DNA of 64,000 nt, taken from a bacterium. GTDB taxonomy: Bacteria; Patescibacteriota; Patescibacteriia; UBA1558; UBA10009. Each line of letters starts with the position of its first letter. Positions within the stretch are counted from its first letter, which is position 1. The notes below the pieces were generated by a model. It ran no database searches. It was given only the letters and a program-made list of their open reading frames with translations, and was not told the origin of the DNA. The position numbers and the translations under genes were made by a program. Shown piece after piece: positions 1 through 6,584 of this stretch. The DNA is taken from positions 736,977 to 800,976 of the forward strand of contig JABHGM010000001.1 in NCBI GenBank assembly GCA_018672055.1, in the 5' to 3' direction.

Positions 1-1186
1 CAGTTAACGTAGTACCTAATGGATAATTAAAGTAAAAATCATGATAATAACTTTGATATGTACCATTTACTTCATTTTCCCAAAATAATCCATATTCCCT
101 TGTTGACTTTGGATAGTCAGGAAAACCAAAGTATTCGTAACATGATTTAAAATATTTTTGCCCATTAAACTTATTAATCTTTAAACAATATGATATGTCA
201 TTTATTTTTGCTACTTCCAATTGACAATCATGGCTATGATCACCATGCCTTATACCTGAACATAATTTAATATTATTCTCAGTTAAAGCCATAGTAGTTA
301 TTTCTTCATCTGTTAAACCAGCAGTCTCTTCTCTAAGAAGAACAAGCTTAATACCACTAATACATTTATTACTTGAATGCTTATTTATTAATAACCCATC
401 CATTATCATACAAACTTCTTCATTCTTTGTATTAACTGCAATTGCAGATAAACATTTGTACAATGGACTATATCTGGTATCTTCATTATCATTTAATCCC
501 ATACATATTTCAGTATCATTATATTTTTTAGATAAATTTAATTTACAGAAACTTTCACTCTTTGCAGTTAAACATAATGCTAAATCATTTGTTTCTAAAG
601 CTTTTTCAAAAACTACATTATTTTTAAAGTTCTTTAATCTCCTAATATCATTAGATACTTGAGATAATATATAAGGAGTAACTATTATAATTATTATAGT
701 ACTAATAATTAATAATTTTCTACTTATAGGTTTTAATTTATGAGCAGTAACACAATAAATAATATTAAAAATAATTAGTATCATTACTGGAGTTAATAGT
801 ATAAACTCTGAAATATCTTCAATTAATTCTCCTCTATCTTTTGATAAGACGTACCTTATAATAATAAAAGCTAAATAATAAAAAAATACTAATATACTAT
901 ACATTAAATAAACTATACTTATTTTCTTCTGACTCCTATAATTAATCTCTTCTGGGCTAGGTAAATGTTTAAATTCATACACCAAATATATTAATACTAC
1001 AACTATTATTTCAAGTATCCACATAAAATAAAATATGATACCACCCATTCCATAACCACCTCTAGGTTCAAATAAAAAAGGTAAAATAGCAATAAAACCA
1101 GCAATACCTAATATAATTGAATAAAAAATTACTCTTTCAGACTTTAAGAATTTAATATTTTTTAATTTTTCTATTAATCTGTTCAT
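1..1186 (-). CDS. Partial CDS running off the window start. Hypothetical membrane protein: N-terminal TM helices followed by a Cys-rich extracytoplasmic domain. Absent from the supplied ORF track, presumably because it is truncated at the edge.
   Basis: Hand translation of the minus strand from ATG at 1184-1186 (MNRLIEKLKNIKFLKSERVIFYSIILGIAGFIAIL...) stays open to position 1. Hydrophobic N-terminal segments, many Cys later. No competing long ORF on the other strand. Confidence 0.4.
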   Translation of the reverse strand, partial: MNRLIEKLKNIKFLKSERVIFYSIILGIAGFIAILPFLFEPRGGYGMGGIIFYFMWILEIIVVVLIYLVYEFKHLPSPEEINYRSQKKISIVYLMYSILVFFYYLAFIIIRYVLSKDRGELIEDISEFILLTPVMILIIFNIIYCVTAHKLKPISRKLLIISTIIIIIVTPYILSQVSNDIRRLKNFKNNVVFEKALETNDLALCLTAKSESFCKLNLSKKYNDTEICMGLNDNEDTRYSPLYKCLSAIAVNTKNEEVCMIMDGLLINKHSSNKCISGIKLVLLREETAGLTDEEITTMALTENNIKLCSGIRHGDHSHDCQLEVAKINDISYCLKINKFNGQKYFKSCYEYFGFPDYPKSTREYGLFWENEVNGTYQSYYHDFYFNYPLGTTLT

Positions 1187-1291
1187 ATTTTTTTATTTAA
1201 ATTAAAGGATAAACTCGTTTAAGTGTATCTTTTGAATTATCCCAGGTTAATGTATTAATAGCTTCTTCATAAGTATACCATTTAGCATCTA

Positions 1292-1627
1292 TTACTTCAT
1301 TATCACAGATGATAACTTATTATTCTTAGCTTTAACTAAATAAATTGGTCTTATTACATATTGATCTTCTCTACCATCTTTATTTGAATCATATTTAAAT
1401 TCTTCTGTTAAATCTGTTTTTTTTATTTCAACATCTTTTATATCTAAACCTAGTTCTTCCTTTATCTCCCTATACAACCCATCTTCTATACTAGCATCCT
1501 CATCATCAAATCCGCCTCCAGGTAAAGAAAAACCTCTTTTACTATGGACAATAGCAAATTTCTTTACTTCTTCATCTAGATATACTACACCTACTACTCC
1601 TGAATAATTATTTATTTGTTTTAACAT
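1292..1627 (-). CDS. Nudix hydrolase. The Nudix box is present, but the gene is frameshifted near 1305-1312: the C-terminal ~40 aa continue in another frame down to the stop at 1197-1199.
   Basis: Motif GGGFDDEDASIEDGLYREIKEELGL matches Nudix box GX5EX7REUXEEXGU. The shifted frame encodes IICDNEVIDAKWYTYEEAINTLTWDNSKDTLKRVYPLI, a typical Nudix C-terminus. Confidence 0.6.
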   Translation of the reverse strand: MLKQINNYSGVVGVVYLDEEVKKFAIVHSKRGFSLPGGGFDDEDASIEDGLYREIKEELGLDIKDVEIKKTDLTEEFKYDSNKDGREDQYVIRPIYLVKAKNNKLSSVIMK

Positions 1628-1683
1628 ATTTAATACTTATTATATATACAATGTTTTCATTTATTACATTAATTGTCAATAAT

Positions 1684-1713
1684 TAAAAAAGGACGTACTC
1701 GTAAGTACGTCCT
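1684..1713 (-). terminator. Rho-independent terminator for the 1734..2258 gene.
   Basis: Perfect palindrome AGGACGTACTCGTAAGTACGTCCT followed, on the minus strand, by TTTTTT. Confidence 0.55.
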
Positions 1714-1733
1714 ATTAAACTTAATAAAGTTTA

Positions 1734-2258
1734 TTAGCTTCTTGTCCAAGAAAGATGTTGTCTGTATGCGATTTCAAAGAGACGACCTTGCATTCTAGAA
1801 AGATCTAGAAATTTAGGATGATTTCTATCAAAATACTTAAAATCAGGCAAACATAAATCTACTGGGTCATTAGAACTTGCAAGATGCATAGAACATAAAT
1901 CACCCATCAGTTTATTGTATTTATTCTCATCTTTCTTACAATCTTCACAATCTGGTTTACATAGCTTAAATTTCTTTTCTTCCCTTTCAATATACTTAAC
2001 AAAGTACTCACTAGTTATTTCAACATCTTTTCCATTATCATTTTTAAAATGAAGCATAAATAGAGGATGTCCATCTCTTGGAAAATATTCTACTTTCAAA
2101 AGAACAAAAGGTCCGCTTCCGACTTTTTTAATCATTTCCATAGAGATTCTTTTTTCTCTTTCTTCAAGACAATCAAGACTTGGAAAGCAAAACTTATTCC
2201 CTATTCTAACTATTACTCCAGATAAACGAACTAAACGTCTTATCTTACCTTTTACCAT
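1734..2258 (-). CDS. Hypothetical Cys-rich protein.
   Basis: 174-aa ORF with multiple Cys pairs (CKPDCEDCKK, CLPDF). Own terminator downstream. No recognisable family. Confidence 0.45.
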   Translation of the reverse strand: MVKGKIRRLVRLSGVIVRIGNKFCFPSLDCLEEREKRISMEMIKKVGSGPFVLLKVEYFPRDGHPLFMLHFKNDNGKDVEITSEYFVKYIEREEKKFKLCKPDCEDCKKDENKYNKLMGDLCSMHLASSNDPVDLCLPDFKYFDRNHPKFLDLSRMQGRLFEIAYRQHLSWTRS

Positions 2259-2403
2259 TGTACTATCTCCTATAATTTATTGTATTGGATTACCCAACAC
2301 AAATAACACTAAAACTTATGGCTATATTATCATATCATTAAAAAAAGGCAAATAATAAATAATGCGTAATATAAGCATTAAATTAATACTATTTTATTTA
2401 ATA

Positions 2404-2432
2404 TTGACAGATACATATAATTGATATATATT
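2404..2432 (+). promoter_or_regulatory. Sigma-70-like promoter driving a short plus-strand transcript.
   Basis: TTGACA (2404-2409), 17-bp spacer, TATATT (2427-2432). Also reads as an extended -10, TGATATATA. Confidence 0.35.
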
Positions 2433-2435
2433 GAA

Positions 2436-2528
2436 ATTAGCACTTGTGAGGGCCTAGGCTCTCCCACGGTCAATGGTTTTCCAAAACCGTAGACAAGTGC
2501 TAACAAAAGACACTAAAATTTAGTGTTT
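2436..2528 (+). ncRNA. Candidate small structured RNA of ~90 nt with its own promoter and intrinsic terminator. Family not recognised.
   Basis: GC-rich island in AT-rich DNA. Nested stems AGCACTTGT...ACAAGTGCT, GAGGGCC/GGCTCTC, ACGGT...ACCGT, GGTTTTccAAAACC. Ends with hairpin ACACTAAAATTTAGTGT plus TTTTTT. No plus-strand ORF. Confidence 0.25.
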
Positions 2529-2532
2529 TTTG

Positions 2533-2946
2533 TTAATCTAGATCAGGTCTTCCGTTATGTAGTTTTCTTTTATCACTTATCTTATTAATATTCATAAAAT
2601 CAATTATTCTTTGTTTTCTCTCATTCTTTTGTTTTGCTTTGAAATAAATTTCTAAAAATACTATTTTTTGAAAACTAGGAAAATATGCATAAATTACTCG
2701 AATACCACTTTTAGCTCCTCTACCTTTTAAACTCTTACATTGAAACTTTTTAATCTTAAAAAATTGTAACTCATCAGTATTACCAACACCTTGAATTTTA
2801 AAAATACTTCCACTATTAATTTCTTTGCCATGAAATAAATCTATACGATATTTCTTATTTACTTCTAAATCTTCAGTTAATGAAGAAAACTTCTTCATTA
2901 ATTTTTTAATATCTCTGGTAAATTCTTTCGTTTCCTCATATTTCAT
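2533..2946 (-). CDS. RelE/ParE-superfamily-like toxin, the downstream partner of the HTH-Panacea protein.
   Basis: 137 aa. Segment LKGRGAKSGIRVIYAYFPSFQKIVFLEIYFKAKQKNE resembles the RelE/HigB core (LKG...G.R.IY......I.LL.I). Abuts the antitoxin-like gene with a 1-bp gap. Confidence 0.45.
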   Translation of the reverse strand: MKYEETKEFTRDIKKLMKKFSSLTEDLEVNKKYRIDLFHGKEINSGSIFKIQGVGNTDELQFFKIKKFQCKSLKGRGAKSGIRVIYAYFPSFQKIVFLEIYFKAKQKNERKQRIIDFMNINKISDKRKLHNGRPDLD

Positions 2947-2947
2947 C

Positions 2948-3709
2948 CTAGTACTGTCTTACAGAAAATTCATCTGTCCTAGAAAAAACAGCTTCATAAT
3001 CAATAACTTTTAAATTATCTGTACCAATCCATGGTACATCTTTATGGGAGTATTCTTTTATTCTAGTTGCATTAAAATCTTTAAATCTTTCAATTTCCCA
3101 ATCAATAAAATCTTTTTCACGAGCAGTAAAACTTGATAAATCTGCATTTCTGAATGGAAGATACTTTTTTTGATCGTGTTGAAAATATTTATTTACAATA
3201 GCCCCTAAATCACCATCTTTTTCCATTTGTTTAACAATTTTTGTGAAAGCTACTGGTGTTGGACCAAAATGATTTTTTATATACTTAGCGCCTATTAACT
3301 GTTCTTCAAACTTTTCATAATAATCAAAATCAATAAAATACATTAATTTACAAATAACAGCTTCACCAACATTAGAACGAGCGCCAATTCGTTCTAAAAT
3401 ATATAATAATACTTCTTTAAATTTCTCTATTCTTTCTTGTGGTACAGAAATACGCATCTCTGGCTTTGGCTTTACTTTCTTTATAGTTTTAGCAAGTTTT
3501 ACTTTTGGTTCTAAATTTTCTTTACCAGCTAAAAAATCATCTAAAGACAATCCAAAAAATTTAGCAAAAGTTTGTGCTTCTTCAACAAGAAGCTTGCGTT
3601 TACCAGCCTCAATTTGTACATAAGTTGGCCTTGATACACCAATTCTTTTTGCTAAAAAATCCTGACTAATACCTTGTTTTTCTCTAAGTTTTTTTAAAAA
3701 AGTAGTCAT
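2948..3709 (-). CDS. Antitoxin-like protein: N-terminal XRE-family HTH fused to a C-terminal Panacea (DUF4065/SocA-like) domain.
   Basis: N-terminus LREKQGISQDFLAKRIGVSRPTYVQIEAGKR is a Cro/C1-type HTH. C-terminus KLMYFIDFDYYEKFEEQLIGAKYIKNHFGPTPVAF...DGDLG matches the DUF4065/Panacea signature. Confidence 0.55.
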   Translation of the reverse strand: MTTFLKKLREKQGISQDFLAKRIGVSRPTYVQIEAGKRKLLVEEAQTFAKFFGLSLDDFLAGKENLEPKVKLAKTIKKVKPKPEMRISVPQERIEKFKEVLLYILERIGARSNVGEAVICKLMYFIDFDYYEKFEEQLIGAKYIKNHFGPTPVAFTKIVKQMEKDGDLGAIVNKYFQHDQKKYLPFRNADLSSFTAREKDFIDWEIERFKDFNATRIKEYSHKDVPWIGTDNLKVIDYEAVFSRTDEFSVRQY

Positions 3710-3879
3710 AGTATTATAAATGAATTATTATTTATACTATGACTATATCAAATGTAAAAAATACTGTCAAGCTATATGTTGATAACTTTTACATTGCTAA
3801 TTTAAGAACCCTATCCACTTCTGATTATAATATTATACTTACCTTTATGCTTATTATATATAATTTAAAAATAATTATT

Positions 3880-4167
3880 CTAAAAACTATCCTTTAATTT
3901 CTCTAATAGACTAGGTTTACTTTCAACACACTTATCAATTACATCCAAACATTTTGGACAACTAGATGTCCGTTTTATTTTACAATGATTATCAGCTTCA
4001 CAAGGAGTATAATCTCTATTACTAGGTATTACATTTGCATATCGTTCATTACAAGGTACAAGATTTATTTTATAAATTGTATATCCTATAATAAAAGATA
4101 AAATAGATAATACAATAATTATTAATACAATTTTTCTTTGTTGATAATAAGTAAGTTTACTTGTCAT
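3880..4167 (-). CDS. Small membrane-anchored Cys-rich protein.
   Basis: 95 aa. N-terminal TM (IVLIIIVLSILSFIIGYTIY) then 6 Cys. Preceded by a conserved repeat and an 8-codon uORF overlapping its start (ATGA). Confidence 0.4.
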   Translation of the reverse strand: MTSKLTYYQQRKIVLIIIVLSILSFIIGYTIYKINLVPCNERYANVIPSNRDYTPCEADNHCKIKRTSSCPKCLDVIDKCVESKPSLLEKLKDSF

Positions 4168-4240
4168 ATATTTATATTTACTTCTTTCATTCTTTTAATG
4201 GTTTAAGCTGATTTGATTGGTTTTTTATGGTTTTCTTTTT
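4168..4240. repeat. Conserved intergenic repeat, copy 1 (core TTTAAGCTGATTTGATTGGTTTTTTAT).
   Basis: About 90% identical over ~68 bp to 11723..11795. Core shared with 4562..4607 and 5405..5455. Confidence 0.7.
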
Positions 4241-4279
4241 ACTAATTCTCTATTATTAATTTCTTAAACAATAATAAAA

Positions 4280-4561
4280 TTATCTATCAATAATCCAAGT
4301 AATAATTAATAGTATCAATACTATTGAATACACGGAAATTGCAAAACGCCAATTACCTGCCCAATATAAACCCATAACTGTTTTATCAGGATTTTTTTCT
4401 AAAAATGATTTAACAGAAGGATTAAATTTACTTATAAAACGTTCTCTGCTCATGTTAACTTTATGCATACATCTATTACAAATATTATCCTTATTTAAAT
4501 ACTCATTTAAAACTGATTTATTACAGAGTTCGCATTTTGCTAATTTTGTATTGTCTTTCAT
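4280..4561 (-). CDS. Small zinc-ribbon protein with a C-terminal TM helix.
   Basis: 93 aa. CELCNKS...CNRC motif. C-terminal hydrophobic segment ISVYSIVLILLIITWII. Confidence 0.4.
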   Translation of the reverse strand: MKDNTKLAKCELCNKSVLNEYLNKDNICNRCMHKVNMSRERFISKFNPSVKSFLEKNPDKTVMGLYWAGNWRFAISVYSIVLILLIITWIIDR

Positions 4562-4607
4562 ACTTTTATTCTTTTAGTAGTTTAAGCGGATTTGGTTGGT
4601 TTTTTAT
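4562..4607. repeat. Conserved intergenic repeat, copy 2 (core TTTAAGCGGATTTGGTTGGTTTTTTAT).
   Basis: Exact core match to copy 4. Overlaps the stop codon of 4604..4987 and lies just upstream of the 4561 start. Confidence 0.7.
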
Positions 4608-4987
4608 ATAAAATCCTTTAGTTGATTAGGATTACTTTTTAAGTCTACTAATACTAATTTATCAAAACATTCATTTTTAAGCAATATACGTTTTTCAGCT
4701 TCTAATACATAATCATCAAACCATTTAAACTCTTTTTTAAAGTCTATAGCTTCAGTTTTAAGCATATCCCAATTAGTAGGCTTTATCTTATTTAAATAAA
4801 TAAAACAATTTTTATCTAAAAATTGTTTTAAGTATTCTAATGTATTACTTTCTTCTCCTTTACAATGAGTAGTTAACCAATAACATTCATGATTATCTGT
4901 AACATACTTTAAAAACTCATATACATTCTTTGCAGGCTTTAAATCCTTAGTAATTAATACTTGATCTATATCTAAGTAGATGTTCAT
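4604..4987 (-). CDS. Hypothetical small protein with a possible HAD-like N-terminal DxD motif.
   Basis: 127 aa, begins MNIYLDIDQVLI (hhhDxDxT/V-like). Otherwise unrecognised. Confidence 0.35.
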   Translation of the reverse strand: MNIYLDIDQVLITKDLKPAKNVYEFLKYVTDNHECYWLTTHCKGEESNTLEYLKQFLDKNCFIYLNKIKPTNWDMLKTEAIDFKKEFKWFDDYVLEAEKRILLKNECFDKLVLVDLKSNPNQLKDFI

Positions 4988-5388
4988 ATTAATTCTTTAA
5001 TCTTTTTAATAAATTCATCTCCAAATTTATCTATTTCCATATAATCTTTTCTAACCACATGTTTAACACCTAATTTCTCTACTTCTTCATTGTATTCTAC
5101 ATTAGTTGAGATAGCAATTACATTATTCACATTAAATTTGTTTAAATCTAATACATGGAAAGAACCTCCTAATTTACAATCTTTATCTAATATTATTAAA
5201 TCAAAATTATTCTTTTCTAAGCTATTTACATAATCTTTAACCTGTATATACGTAGAAAACACAGTAACTGAGAAATCAAGAGGTTTAGATGTATTAAATA
5301 ACTCTTCTTCTAGTTTAAATAACCTATCCATAATAATAGATAGGGTCTTTAAATCATCTTCTAATATTAATATGTTTAGAGTTTTCAT
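4984..5388 (-). CDS. Orphan response-regulator receiver (CheY-like) domain protein.
   Basis: 134 aa. ILILEDD acidic pocket, DLIILDKD phospho-acceptor region, conserved K near the C-terminus. No kinase or output domain nearby. Confidence 0.5.
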   Translation of the reverse strand: MKTLNILILEDDLKTLSIIMDRLFKLEEELFNTSKPLDFSVTVFSTYIQVKDYVNSLEKNNFDLIILDKDCKLGGSFHVLDLNKFNVNNVIAISTNVEYNEEVEKLGVKHVVRKDYMEIDKFGDEFIKKIKELI

Positions 5389-5404
5389 ATTATATATTAC
5401 TCTT

Positions 5405-5455
5405 TTACTTTTTTTTCTAAGGTTATATCCGGATTTGGTTGGTTTTTATTTTTAA
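5405..5455. repeat. Conserved intergenic repeat, copy 3 (core CCGGATTTGGTTGGTTTTTAT).
   Basis: Shares the 21-bp core with copies 1, 2 and 4. Lies between the stop of 5482..5832 and the start of 4984..5388. Confidence 0.6.
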
Positions 5456-5481
5456 TCTTGATTTAATTATTCCTGCTGCTT

Positions 5482-5832
5482 TTAACTAAATAACCAAATA
5501 TAAATATTTTTACAATAATCATAATGTTTAATAGTAAAATCTCTTTCATAAATACCTATATAACCTTCACTAGATAAATATATCAATAAAAAGAAAGCAA
5601 CTAAATATAGTAAAGGTACAATATAATATATTATTTTTACATTAATACTATACTTATGTAATTTATAAGCAATAAATGTGCTTATGAATAATAGAACAGT
5701 TTGAAAAAATAATACCCCATTAATAACAGTACAATCCGTATGTTCGTTTATTTTATTAAAAATTAAACTAAATCCATATATAGCTAAAATACCTAACAGA
5801 AATTGTATAATAATTAATAATACCTTTTTCAT
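5482..5832 (-). CDS. Small integral membrane protein (about 3 TM), last gene of the mod-res-nuclease operon.
   Basis: 116 aa, hydrophobic throughout. Starts 4 bp after the nuclease gene. Confidence 0.45.
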   Translation of the reverse strand: MKKVLLIIIQFLLGILAIYGFSLIFNKINEHTDCTVINGVLFFQTVLLFISTFIAYKLHKYSINVKIIYYIVPLLYLVAFFLLIYLSSEGYIGIYERDFTIKHYDYCKNIYIWLFS

Positions 5833-5836
5833 ATAT

Positions 5837-6583
5837 TTAAATAATTTTATTTACTTCATCTCTATACTTACAATAATCACATTCAATACCAGCTTTAGGT
5901 ATACTTTTACTTTTTAAACATGTGTCAGCTTCTATAATCGCTTCATCTACCCAATTATCGTTCCCTTCATATGGTATAAGGGTTACTTCAAACTCTAACT
6001 TAGCATCAAAGGCTTCTTTATCTGTAATACCATTACAATACACAAAATAGCCTGTATTTGAGACTTTAAAGCCACTTTGTCTAAGTAGCCACTGATATAC
6101 TTCCATTTGCCTCTTATATGATATTTGCCAGTCTTGATCTAAAGCTTCAATCTTACCTTCTTTACTAGTAGATTTATAATCTACTACATATAATATACCT
6201 TTTTTATCTACCCAGATATCATCTATAGCGCCAAATATTATTAAACCTGTTTTTTTATGATTAACACGTATTCCTTTAAAATTCTCTCTCCATTCATCCA
6301 TCATATCGTGTTTAAAAGGTACTAAATCTATATTATATGATTTGAGTAATGGATGTACCTTATTCTTAGCTCTATGTATATCAAATTCTTTTTTGAGTAA
6401 AGTATCTACTGCACTATTTAAATTAAAAGGATAACCTGGAGGTCTTTTAATTCCAAGCTTATTATCTAAATAAAAGCATTTAGGACATTCAATAAATAAA
6501 TCTATTTTAGATCTAGATAATTTCCATTGACTTCCTTTATAATTCCATTCTGCTTTTCTTGGGATGTTATAGTATTGGGACAT
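5837..6583 (-). CDS. Standalone Cas4/RecB-family PD-(D/E)xK nuclease with a putative 4-Cys Fe-S cluster.
   Basis: Motifs GAIDDIWVD (motif I), VVDYKST (DYK, motif II), RQMEVYQWLL (QhxxY, motif III). N-terminal CPKC plus C-terminal C...CDYC. 1-bp gap after res. Confidence 0.6.
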   Translation of the reverse strand: MSQYYNIPRKAEWNYKGSQWKLSRSKIDLFIECPKCFYLDNKLGIKRPPGYPFNLNSAVDTLLKKEFDIHRAKNKVHPLLKSYNIDLVPFKHDMMDEWRENFKGIRVNHKKTGLIIFGAIDDIWVDKKGILYVVDYKSTSKEGKIEALDQDWQISYKRQMEVYQWLLRQSGFKVSNTGYFVYCNGITDKEAFDAKLEFEVTLIPYEGNDNWVDEAIIEADTCLKSKSIPKAGIECDYCKYRDEVNKII

Positions 6584-6584
6584 G

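Noticed and set aside
456-662. 68-aa plus-strand ORF
   Set aside because: It lies antisense inside a longer, more plausible minus-strand partial ORF (1..1186). Low-complexity, AT-codon-driven translation.
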